Shown here piece after piece: positions 11,233 through 22,785 of a DNA stretch of 55,646 nt. The notes under the pieces are model-generated. The model searched no databases. It was not told the DNA's origin and worked only from the letters and a program-made list of their open reading frames with translations. A program made the translations under genes and the position numbers. Position 1 is the first letter of the stretch. Each line of letters starts with the position of its first letter. Source of the stretch: Alphaproteobacteria bacterium (GTDB lineage Bacteria > Pseudomonadota > Alphaproteobacteria > JAPULJ01); the NCBI GenBank assembly GCA_037387885.1, contig JARRKQ010000015.1:1-55646 (forward strand). The letters are read 5' to 3'.

Positions 11233-12436
11233 CGACATCAAGGAGCCGGTGGGCCCGGCCGCCCGCAACCGCCGCCCCGACGTGGCCAAGCTCGAGACCT
11301 TTCTCGACGCGCTGGGCGAGCACGACGCGGCGCGCACGGAAGGGCCGACCGGCTTCTACGGCATCGGCTTCGAGGACAACCTCAAGGCCTATCAGGCCCG
11401 CAACGGCCTCACCCCCGACGGCCTCGTAAACCCCGATGGCGAGACAATCGGCCGCATCAAGCAGGACCTCACGGCGACGCTGGGGCCGGGGGCGTGGGCG
11501 GGTGGCGCCGATGCCGCAGACGGTTCAGGGCCCGGTGCGCGGCTGATCCCGGTGCAGTCAAGTGGGGGCTCGCCGATAGGGCGCACGCCAGAGCCGCCGG
11601 ATCGCGAGCGGCGGGCGCGGCAGCAGTTTCTTGAAGCCAGTCGCGAGAGCGCGCGAAGGCTAAAGCGGCAGGAGAAGGAGGAGTTTCTCGAAGCTAGCCG
11701 TGAAAGCGAGCGGCGACTTCCCGAACAGGTTCGGCAACTAGATCGCAAGTATCGGCTAATGCTTTGGGGAGCAGTGGAGATCGAAAGACAGGCTCGACCT
11801 TTGGTCAACCTCAAACACGCTATCCCGGCCATGAGCCTCTACCTAGATGGTAAAGGCGGTACTGTTCACTATGACTCTGACTGGATCCGCGCGCAGCCGA
11901 TCATCAAGCGCGCTGAAGACCGAGTGCTGAGCCATTTCGGAGACTGGATGCGGGGGAAACCCCTTAGGCCCGGCGCATCCCCGCCGGATATTGCGAGCAA
12001 GATTCTGAAGCTAAAGCCGGGAGAGTCAGTCGGCGGTGACACCGACCGATCTGCTATTGCCAAATTCGTGAAACCCACCTGGCGGGACAAGATCACGGAC
12101 TTCTACAATACGAGCAAGAAAAGCAACATAAAGGGAATCGGAAGCTTCAGTTTTACCCGTAAAGGTAATACGATATACGTGACAGGAATCATCGATCAGA
12201 AGTGGCGCGACAAATTCGACTTTGAACCCGGGAAGGTAATCGAAATCCCATACGAGGGGTCGCCTGTAAGGGTCATTACAGACGAGTTGATTTTCTTGCG
12301 AGGGGTCGGCAAGGCCCGGACCTTTCAGCAGCGCTCTTCCTGGCAACGACGCGTAGTGGGGCAGATCGAAATTGTGCGAAATCCAAAGACGGGCAAAGAG
12401 CAGATAGGCGGGGTCGCCTTAAAATGGGCGGATTAA
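11030..12436 (+). CDS. Peptidoglycan-binding-domain protein with a lower-GC C-terminal domain (putative polymorphic toxin/effector)
   Basis: PG_binding_1-like DVAKLETFLDALG..PTGFYG..AYQARNGLTPDGLVNPDGET; codon and GC shift after ~11560; internal FLEASRES duplication; followed by a SEL1 gene. Confidence 0.65.
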   Translation: MPPTFRRLFEGPDEFDYAPDPMGRVGAGMQEIHDPTDDPRGNELFQDFREAWAEGHDLPDLFGGAGMLDIKEPVGPAARNRRPDVAKLETFLDALGEHDAARTEGPTGFYGIGFEDNLKAYQARNGLTPDGLVNPDGETIGRIKQDLTATLGPGAWAGGADAADGSGPGARLIPVQSSGGSPIGRTPEPPDRERRARQQFLEASRESARRLKRQEKEEFLEASRESERRLPEQVRQLDRKYRLMLWGAVEIERQARPLVNLKHAIPAMSLYLDGKGGTVHYDSDWIRAQPIIKRAEDRVLSHFGDWMRGKPLRPGASPPDIASKILKLKPGESVGGDTDRSAIAKFVKPTWRDKITDFYNTSKKSNIKGIGSFSFTRKGNTIYVTGIIDQKWRDKFDFEPGKVIEIPYEGSPVRVITDELIFLRGVGKARTFQQRSSWQRRVVGQIEIVRNPKTGKEQIGGVALKWAD

Positions 12437-12564
12437 GTCGATGACATCCGGAAGTTGAACCTCAAGAAGCAACGCGATTGGGTAAGAACCTCCCCAGACA
12501 GATGAGCGCTCAAGGTAAAGCCGCGTTGCCCCACTGTGGCCGCTCGCGCACAGTTTTTTGTCGC

Positions 12565-13341
12565 ATGTTGCGACCATTTATTGTCGCGATGGCATTGGTG
12601 TTCGCTGTTCCCGGTGCCGCAGATGATTTCGGCGATGCCAAGCAAGCCTTGGAAGCCGAGCAGCATGCAAAAGCCATCCGCCTGCTACGGCCCATGGCGG
12701 AGAAGGGCGACTCACGCGCGCAGCATTTGTTGGGGTACGCCCACATGTCGGGCTTGGGCGTAAAGAGAAGCGATAAAAAAGCGCAGTATTGGCTGATGAA
12801 AGCCGCTGCTCAGGACTACACACCGGCGATTGGCTTGCTTGGGCAGTTGTTGGTCAGTATCGACGGATCGCCGACCCGTGGCCTGCCGCTCATGAAGATC
12901 GCAGTTCGCCGCGGCGATGCCGCTACTCAAGCGGCTCTGGGCATGTGTTATTTGTTTGGAGTTCAGGGTATTCCGGCTGATGTGCAGGAATCGAAAAGAC
13001 TTCTGCTCTTGTCGGCAAGCCAAAAACACAAGTTTGCTTATCTTGGTCTCGCTTGGTGGCACGCGACCGACCGCGGAGGGAAAAAGCCGGACTATGTCGA
13101 GGTTCTCGTCGGCATCTCTTCAGCGATCCGTTGGGTCGCCCAGGCGCGGGCGACCGGGGACAGCGCTCCGCTACGATCAGGGGATTTTTCCCATTCACGA
13201 TCACAGCAGGAGCAGACGCCCGATGCCGCCAACCTTCCGCCGCCTCTTCGAAGGCCCCGACGAAATCGACTACGCCCCCGACCCCCTAAATTCATTTTGC
13301 GGGCCGGGTCGGCGCAGGCATGCAGGAGATCCACGACCTGA
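12565..13341 (+). CDS. Exported SEL1-like repeat protein (putative immunity protein); 3' end apparently truncated
   Basis: Signal peptide MLRPFIVAMALVFAVPGAA; SEL1 repeats (AEKGDSRAQHLLG..GLGVKRS..WLMKAAAQ; RRGDAATQAALG); after PDYVE the frame runs into repeat copy 2. Confidence 0.75.
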   Translation: MLRPFIVAMALVFAVPGAADDFGDAKQALEAEQHAKAIRLLRPMAEKGDSRAQHLLGYAHMSGLGVKRSDKKAQYWLMKAAAQDYTPAIGLLGQLLVSIDGSPTRGLPLMKIAVRRGDAATQAALGMCYLFGVQGIPADVQESKRLLLLSASQKHKFAYLGLAWWHATDRGGKKPDYVEVLVGISSAIRWVAQARATGDSAPLRSGDFSHSRSQQEQTPDAANLPPPLRRPRRNRLRPRPPKFILRAGSAQACRRSTT

Positions 13342-13438
13342 CCGACGACCCGCGCGGCAACGCGCTCTTCCAGGACTTCCGCGACGCCTGGGCCGAGGGC
13401 CACGATCTGCCCGATCTCTTCGGGCACGACGGCATGCT
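13152..13438 (+). repeat. Direct repeat copy 2
   Basis: Diverged match to 10958-11232 with substitutions and an AT-rich insertion near 13288-13300. Confidence 0.9.
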
Positions 13439-13440
13439 AG
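13223..13440 (+). pseudogene. Decayed 5' fragment of a second PG-binding effector paralogue
   Basis: MPPTFRRLFEGPDEIDYAPDP, then a frameshift, then MQEIHDLTDDPRGNALFQDFRDAWAEGHDLPDLFGHDGML-stop in another frame. Confidence 0.8.
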
Positions 13441-13480
13441 GGTGTTAGAGTCGAACCCCGAAATGCGATAGCCACCGCTC

Positions 13481-14941
13481 TCAAAACACCTCACCGGTGA
13501 ACTCCGAGCGGATGCGGCTGCGGAAGGCGCGGATGGCGCGCAGGCAGTCGCGGAGATAGTCCTTCTCGCGCTTGGAGAGCGACTTGGGCGCGATGTAGTA
13601 GCCGGCGGGTGCGCCCGCGGCGTGGTCGCGGAGCTGCTGGCGCAGCAGCAGATGGGCGATGTGCCGGAAGGCGCCCGAAAGGTAGTCCTGCTCGTCGGCC
13701 TCGAGCACGCCCGCGGCGGCGAGCGCCTCGATGCGCGCGAGGGTGGGGCCCGCCTCGATGCCCTCGCGCAGCGCAAGCAGGCGCACCGCGTCGATGATCG
13801 GCAGCGAGCCGGTGTGCTTCAGGTTGATCTTGCCCTTGTGCTCGGGCTCGTCGCGCACGGTGATGAAGCGGCCGAACCAACCGAGCGCAACCCCGTGCTC
13901 CTCATCGTCGCGGAAGAGCTCGCGGAGGAAGGCGTTGTTGCCCTTGGTGAGCGCGGTGACATGGGCGCGCAGCCGCGCCGGCATCGCCGGGTCGCCGTAG
14001 ACGCCGCGGAAGTCGAAGAAGATGTCGGCGAGGCGGAGCGCGGTGGTGTCGCGCTTGGCCTGCCAGAGCGAGATCTGTTCGCGCCACTGGCTCTCGGTCT
14101 TCCGCCAGAGCGGGTTCTGCGCCATCACGTAGCCCTTGCAGAGCGGCATGCCGATGGCGTTGAGATTGGCGTTGAGGCGAACGGCGAGCTCTGTAAACCA
14201 GCCGTCGATGCGGTCGTGCTCGGCGTCGGGGTAGTCGGCGAGGATGAAGCCGTTGTCCTGGTCGGGGAAAAGATAGTTCTCGTCGCGCCCGCCCGAGCCC
14301 ATGACGATGACGGCGAAGTCGACCGGCGGCGCGCCTTTGCCCTCTTCGGCCAGCGCTTCGAGCGTGCCGGCGGTGACGCGGCGGTAGATGTCGTTGTTGA
14401 CGTCGGTGAGGAGGGCCTGGATCTCGGTCGCCGGCACCGCATCGGCAAGGAGATCGGCGGCGAGGTCGATCTGCGCGGCCTTGACCTCGCGCAGGCCGTC
14501 CATCGTGCCCTCATGGGTCAGATGCTCGATGCGCTCGACCGTGGTCGCGGCGATATCGGCAAGGGCGTCGTGCAAATCGAGGTGGCCGACGGCGCGGCCG
14601 ATCCCGTCCACCACCGGCATGTTGCGGTGGCCGAAGCGGCGCATGCGGGCGATGGCGCGGTAGAGATAGTCGTCTGGCCCGATGGTCTTGACGCCCTCGC
14701 TCATGATCTCCGAGAGCGGCGTCTCGGGCGTGGCGCGGAAGGCGATGCGGCGGGTGACGTCCTGCTCCGTGATGATGCCGACGACCCTTTGGTCGCCGTC
14801 GACGACCACGGCGCAGGCGGCCCGGCCGACGGTCATCGCCCCCACGGCGTCCGTGACGGTCGCGGTCGTCTCCAGCGCCAGCGGCGCCGGTCCCATGAAG
14901 TCGCCCACCCGGCGGCGGAAGAGCTGGGTCTGGGATTGCAT
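13481..14941 (-). CDS. CBS-pair plus DUF294 putative nucleotidyltransferase (GlnD/GlnE-like)
   Basis: Two CBS domains (VGIITEQD); NTase motif MGSGGRDE....DQDNG; LCKGYVMAQNPLWR, IFFDFR and INLKHTG; no N-terminal cNMP-binding domain. Confidence 0.88.
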   Translation of the reverse strand: MQSQTQLFRRRVGDFMGPAPLALETTATVTDAVGAMTVGRAACAVVVDGDQRVVGIITEQDVTRRIAFRATPETPLSEIMSEGVKTIGPDDYLYRAIARMRRFGHRNMPVVDGIGRAVGHLDLHDALADIAATTVERIEHLTHEGTMDGLREVKAAQIDLAADLLADAVPATEIQALLTDVNNDIYRRVTAGTLEALAEEGKGAPPVDFAVIVMGSGGRDENYLFPDQDNGFILADYPDAEHDRIDGWFTELAVRLNANLNAIGMPLCKGYVMAQNPLWRKTESQWREQISLWQAKRDTTALRLADIFFDFRGVYGDPAMPARLRAHVTALTKGNNAFLRELFRDDEEHGVALGWFGRFITVRDEPEHKGKINLKHTGSLPIIDAVRLLALREGIEAGPTLARIEALAAAGVLEADEQDYLSGAFRHIAHLLLRQQLRDHAAGAPAGYYIAPKSLSKREKDYLRDCLRAIRAFRSRIRSEFTGEVF

Positions 14942-15102
14942 CCAAAAGGTCTCCCCGATTGGGCCGTTCTATAGCATGGCGCGCAGAGGTCGGCAGATTG
15001 ATCCAGGGCAAAGGATTGGCGTGTCGGCAAAGGCCGGGCTAGAGTGTCGGCGCCGAGGAGCCGCCAAGAGCCCAGGCACGAAACAGGGAAGGGAACCCCG
15101 CC

Positions 15103-15483
15103 ATGGCGCGGTCGGTGCTGGTGGTGGACGATGAGCCGAACATCGTCCTCTCGCTGGAATTCCTTATGAAGCAAGCGGGTCTCGAGGTCCGCACGGCCGC
15201 TGATGGCCAGGCGGCTCTGGCGTCCGTTCAGGCGAATACGCCAGATTTAATTTTGCTCGATATTTCAATGCCCAATGGAGATGGCTTCGAGGTTTGTCGC
15301 AAGATTCGCGAAAACCCCGTATGGCAGGATATCCGGATCATCATGCTGACCGCCAAGGGCAAGGACTCCGAGCGTGAGAGGGGGCTCGCCGCGGGGGCGG
15401 ACGACTACATCACCAAGCCCTTTTCGACGCATGAGGTGATCGACCGGGTCGCAGCGCAGATTGGAACCGCCAGGACCGATTAA
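15103..15483 (+). CDS. Single-domain response regulator (receiver only)
   Basis: VVDDE, LLDISMP, MLTAK and ITKPFS; 126 aa with no output domain. Confidence 0.92.
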   Translation: MARSVLVVDDEPNIVLSLEFLMKQAGLEVRTAADGQAALASVQANTPDLILLDISMPNGDGFEVCRKIRENPVWQDIRIIMLTAKGKDSERERGLAAGADDYITKPFSTHEVIDRVAAQIGTARTD

Positions 15484-15530
15484 CCACGGTTTGGCCGCCG
15501 TCTCCCCAAAACGCGGCAACCGCGCTAGGA

Positions 15531-15818
15531 TTGAAACATTATCAACCAGATCGTCTCTCAACCGGGACGGGGGCGGGGCAGTTGGCCGGACCAGCGAAGA
15601 CCAGCGAGCGCTCGATTTCGCTTTTGCTGCTTGGCTTGCTCGCCTTCAGCCCTCCGCTGCTCCTGATCTTCAGTGGGCAGTCGACGATCTTCGGTATCCC
15701 GTCGCTCTTTGCTTATCTGTTCAGCGCCTGGGTCGTTCTGATCGCGCTGAGCCGGATCCTCGCCGAACGGGCGCGGCCCGACGATGGGGCGCGGGTGCCG
15801 CCGCCCGGACAGCGCTAG
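15531..15818 (+). CDS. Small two-TM membrane protein preceding the SLC5-kinase
   Basis: Two hydrophobic segments (LLLLGLLAFSPPLLLIF; IFGIPSLFAYLFSAWVVLIAL); start uncertain. Confidence 0.6.
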   Translation: MKHYQPDRLSTGTGAGQLAGPAKTSERSISLLLLGLLAFSPPLLLIFSGQSTIFGIPSLFAYLFSAWVVLIALSRILAERARPDDGARVPPPGQR

Positions 15819-15836
15819 GCGCTTTGATGGTCCGCC

Positions 15837-18671
<2,835 letters not shown>

Positions 18672-20237
18672 GCGGTGGCTGGGCGCGTTGGCCGCAATCG
18701 CTGCGATCGCAAAGCCGGCAGCTGATCCCGATCGGCATCCGGTGCCGCCGGTCCTCGAGATCCATGCCATCGGCATAGATAATGTCGCTCGCATGGCCGA
18801 TGCCGCAGCCGATCTCGATCGCGAAGTGACTGCGCGGCGCGTGGTGGCCGGCGCCAGGCTTGGTGACCGCGCGGGCAATTGAGAAGTAGGCGGTGCCATC
18901 GGGCATTTCGCTCGGTTGAGCGACGATCTGGCCGGGCGACAGGAGCGCGGTGTGTACCGCCCATCGGGGGCACGCGCCGGAGAAGCGGGGAATCCGCAGC
19001 CCTGAACCCATGAACCGCTTGGAAATATTCCCCGCGGCATCGACGCGGACGAAATGGAACGGGATCGCCGCATCGCCCGGTCGTTGCAGGGTGGTCAGGC
19101 GGTGGCAGACCTGCTCGAAGCTGGCGCCGAAGCGCTGGCCCAATCGTTCGACGTCATAGCGCTCTACCCGTGCTGCTTCCGCGAACCGCTCGTACGGCAT
19201 CATGAGCGCTCCGGCGAAGTATCCTGCCAGCGCGCGGCGCGCCATCGCTTCGGAATCGGCGCCGCTAAAGGTCCCGTTTTCCAAGCAGGCGGACAAGAGA
19301 TCGCTGTGTGTGAGCACGGCATAATGCCGCGCGAGAGCGAATGCGGCGCTGCTCGGCGAAAGCGTCTCATCGAGCAGGACGCGGCCGTTGGCCTCGGATG
19401 CGACTTGCGTGGCATTGGCCGTGCGCTCGATGGTCACGCCGTGCCGCCGCTCCAGTAGGTCCGCAAGGGCCGAGAACGCGGCGGCCGGATCGAGCCCCAA
19501 CGCCTCGTGCAGGCTTTCCGCTTCGGCGTCGAGCTCGGTGAAATGGTTTCCGTTGAGCTCCAGGAACTCGCTGACCTCTTCGCCAGGCGGCCGACTGCCG
19601 ACGATGCCCTCGAGCGCATCACCGCGGGCGATCTCGACCAGCTGCCCGACCGCATCGGTCAGGCGCTCGCTCTCGCCGACGATGATGCCGAGAAACTTCT
19701 GGCGCTCCTCGGCGCCCATATCGGCGTGATCGTGGAGGATCTCGGAGAAGGAGCGGATCGAGGTCAGCAGGGTGAGGAGCTCGTGGATCGAGCTGGAGAT
19801 GAAGGCGTCGTCGGACAACCGGTCGCTCATCCCCCGCACATTGTCGTTCGCCGTCCGGTAGGCCCGGTAAAGGTCGACGATCGCCCGGCAGGCGGCGGGG
19901 GAGGCGTTGACGAGATCGGTGAGATCGTCACGCTCGATGCCGCTCTCCCGGAATATGGGATCGCCGAACGCCTCGATCAGATCGCCCAGAAGCCGGGTCT
20001 CATCCTCATCGGAGAAGGCCTCGAGATCGACCTCGAAAAGCCGAGAGACCTTGAGCAACAGCGGCAGCGTCAGTTGCCGCTGGTTGTGCTCGATCAGATT
20101 GAGATAGCTGGGCGAAATGCCGAGCTGTCCGGCCAGCGCAACCTGGCTTACGTCGCGATCCCTGCGAAGCCGCCGCACCTTGTGGCCAAGCATTGGACCT
20201 TGGGCCATGAAATCCGCCTCGTGACTTGTCCCGGGAA

Positions 20238-20273
20238 TTTACAAATTTTCATATTTACAATTCAATTAGTAAA
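20238..20273. promoter_or_regulatory. Candidate ScfR-family operator in the divergent promoter
   Basis: TTTACAAA (20238) and TTTACAAT (20254) plus an inverted TAGTAAA in an AT-rich patch; resembles the TTTGCAAA core of RamB/PccR sites. Confidence 0.45.
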
Positions 20274-20414
20274 CTATTAACCCAAAAATCGGCAGCCAAC
20301 AAGGGATACGTTGACCTCAATTTACGTCTGTGAACGCATTACAGCACTGCGCTGTCCGTTCAATCGTTGGCAGGCGGCGCAGGTGTCGTTTTTGTGGAGG
20401 GGGAGGACATAGCC

Positions 20415-22394
20415 TTGGCACCAAAGATCATCTGGCTATTCATCTTCGTCGCGCTGTACTGGGCCTACTGTATCTTCTGGGGCGTCAAGTCGGCGATGAC
20501 GGCGAAGACTGCCAGTGACTACTTCATCGCCGGCCGACGGCTGTCGATGTGGGTATTCATTCTGGCCGCCACCGCGACCTCATTCTCGGGCTGGACCTTC
20601 ATGGGCCATCCGGGGCTGGTCTATCGCGATGGCTTCCAATACGCCTACGCGTCGTTCTACACGATCACGATCCCGTTCACCGGGGTCATGTTCCTGAAGC
20701 GCCAGTGGATGCTGGGCAAACGCTTCGGCTATGTGACACCGGGCGAAATGCTCTCGGATTACTTCCAGGGCGACGGTATCCGGATCCTGACTGTGCTTGT
20801 CGCGCTGCTCTTCTCGATCCCGTATCTGGGTGTGCAGCTCGGCGCGTCGGGCTTTCTGTTCAACACTCTGACCGACGGCATGGTCAGCGTGAACTTCGGG
20901 ATGTGGGTCCTGTCGGCGGTTGTGTTCATCTACGTGGCATCGGGCGGTCTGCGCGCGGTGGCCTACGTGGATACGCTGCAGTGTATTCTGCTTGCCTTCG
21001 GCATCATCATGGTCGGCATCATTGCGATCCAGTTGGCCGGTGGCTGGGGGGCTCTGAACGAGGGCTTCGCCAAGATTGCGGCGCAGCCCGAGCTCGGGCG
21101 CTGGAAAGCGACACCAGCGGGGCACAACGCCTACTTCGCGATACCGGGCGTGATCCAGTTCACCGCCGGCCTCGGCAAAGAAACGCCCGTCGGTGGCTTG
21201 TGGACCGGCGTTATGTGCCTGACCTATATGTTCGCGCTGATGGGCATCCAGTCCGCCCCGGCGTTCTCCATGTGGGCCTTCGGCAACAACGATCCGAAGC
21301 CGTTCGCACCGCAGCAGGTCTGGGCTTCGTCGCTCGGAATCGGCTTCATCCTGTTCTTCTTCACGGCCTTCCAGGGCATGGGCGCGCATCTTCTTGGCGC
21401 CAACGGGATGGTCACGAAGGCGGGGCTTGCGACATCGAACGCGTTGCCGGACCTCACCAAGAACCTGCAGGGCAGGCTGGTGCCGGATTACATCAACACG
21501 ATTGGTGACTCGACACCGTGGCTCGTCGGCCTGATCGCGGTTTGTGCGCTCGCGGCCATGCAATCCACCGGCGCGGCATATATGTCGACGGCCGGCGGTA
21601 TGCTGACCCGCGATCTCTATAAGCGCTATCTCAATCCGACAGCCTCGCACGGCACTCAGAAGCTGTTCGGCCGGTTGGGCGTTGCCTTCATCGTGTTGTC
21701 AGCCCTGGTGGTCGCGACCTTCTCGCGTGACGCGCTGGTGCTGCTGGGCGGTCTGGCTGTGGCCTTCGGCTTCCAAATGTGGCCGTCGCTGGCGGCGGTC
21801 TGCTGGTTCCCGTGGATCACCCGTCAGGGCGCCACCTGGGGACTCGCGGCTGGTCTGCTTGCGGTGATCTTTACCGAGACGATCGGTCAACAGATTACCG
21901 GGGGCGCGCTGCCGTGGGGCCGCTGGCCGTGGACCATCCACTCGGCTGGTTGGGGCATCATCTTCAACCTGGCGTTCTGCATCCCGATTTCGGCGATGAC
22001 GCAAAGCGACACGGCTGCGCGTGAGCACCGCATGAAGTACCACAACTTCCTGCGCGAACACGCGACGCTGTCGGCCGACAAGAAGCGTCTGGTTCCGATC
22101 GCCTGGATCATCACTCTCGCCTGGCTGTTCTTCGGCATCGGCCCCGGCGCGGTGATCGGCAACACCATCTTCGGTGCGCCGGCAGCCGGCGTGGCCGGCT
22201 GGACCTTCGGCATCCCGTCGATCTGGGCCTGGCAGATCCTGTTCTGGATCCTGGGCGTCGGGATGATGTGGTTCCTGGCCTACAAGATGGAAATGTCGAC
22301 CGTGCCTGATAAGGAAGTTCAGGCGCTGGTCGAGGATATCGGCGACGTCGCCGTGACCCCGCCACAACAGGCGGGTTCCGGAGGCGCCACCTAA
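20415..22394 (+). CDS. Sodium:solute symporter (SSS), probable monocarboxylate transporter
   Basis: DYFIAGR, ATATSFSGWTFMGHPG, SGGLRAVAYVD and ALAAMQST; many TM helices; TTG start at 20415 after a GGAGG RBS; substrate inferred from context only. Confidence 0.88.
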   Translation: MAPKIIWLFIFVALYWAYCIFWGVKSAMTAKTASDYFIAGRRLSMWVFILAATATSFSGWTFMGHPGLVYRDGFQYAYASFYTITIPFTGVMFLKRQWMLGKRFGYVTPGEMLSDYFQGDGIRILTVLVALLFSIPYLGVQLGASGFLFNTLTDGMVSVNFGMWVLSAVVFIYVASGGLRAVAYVDTLQCILLAFGIIMVGIIAIQLAGGWGALNEGFAKIAAQPELGRWKATPAGHNAYFAIPGVIQFTAGLGKETPVGGLWTGVMCLTYMFALMGIQSAPAFSMWAFGNNDPKPFAPQQVWASSLGIGFILFFFTAFQGMGAHLLGANGMVTKAGLATSNALPDLTKNLQGRLVPDYINTIGDSTPWLVGLIAVCALAAMQSTGAAYMSTAGGMLTRDLYKRYLNPTASHGTQKLFGRLGVAFIVLSALVVATFSRDALVLLGGLAVAFGFQMWPSLAAVCWFPWITRQGATWGLAAGLLAVIFTETIGQQITGGALPWGRWPWTIHSAGWGIIFNLAFCIPISAMTQSDTAAREHRMKYHNFLREHATLSADKKRLVPIAWIITLAWLFFGIGPGAVIGNTIFGAPAAGVAGWTFGIPSIWAWQILFWILGVGMMWFLAYKMEMSTVPDKEVQALVEDIGDVAVTPPQQAGSGGAT

Positions 22395-22420
22395 GTCTCC
22401 GTCCTGACGACGGCTACTCG

Positions 22421-22453
22421 AGGGGGAGGGTTCGCTCTCCCCCTTTTTCTTTT
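22421..22453 (+). terminator. Rho-independent terminator
   Basis: AGGGGGAG..CTCCCCCT stem followed by TTTTCTTTT. Confidence 0.8.
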
Positions 22454-22551
22454 GGTTCAATTGGTTAACGATGATTGGCTTGCCAGCAAGCCGCGATTTG
22501 TTAGAGTCTCGATTGACGGATTGAAGCGCGATCAACCGACGGACGGCAGCA

Positions 22552-22785
22552 GTGTCGCCACAAACCTACCAGATCGTTTCGACCCTGCTGCTGACGGCGT
22601 TACTGTTCTATCCGGTGCGCCAGCTGATCTGGGTGTTGTCGGTCAGGCGCGTGGAGGGACGCGACGGCCAGCATGACGAGGATCGCCGCCTCCGGTTCAA
22701 GCGGCGCGCGACCGCAACAGCGATCCTTTTGTGCTTCGTGTTCTCGGTCCTGTTCACGAACTCCTTGATGAAGGGTCCTCAATGA
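22552..22785 (+). CDS. Small two-TM hypothetical protein
   Basis: 77 aa with two hydrophobic helices; its stop overlaps the next ATG (ATGA). Confidence 0.65.
   Translation: MSPQTYQIVSTLLLTALLFYPVRQLIWVLSVRRVEGRDGQHDEDRRLRFKRRATATAILLCFVFSVLFTNSLMKGPQ

Noticed and set aside
10958-13438. Direct repeats read as an IS/transposon or CRISPR array
   Set aside because: No transposase, terminal inverted repeats or repeat-spacer periodicity; the repeats are paralogous gene starts
13441-13470. GGTTCGACTC on the minus strand at the cassette edge, resembling a tRNA T-loop or att site
   Set aside because: Flanks do not form a T-stem, there is no cloverleaf or CCA end, and no integrase or second copy is visible
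14998-15011. TTGAT-CCAG-GGCAA, an Fnr-like box between the DUF294 and receiver genes
   Set aside because: The right half-site has two mismatches; too weak without conservation data
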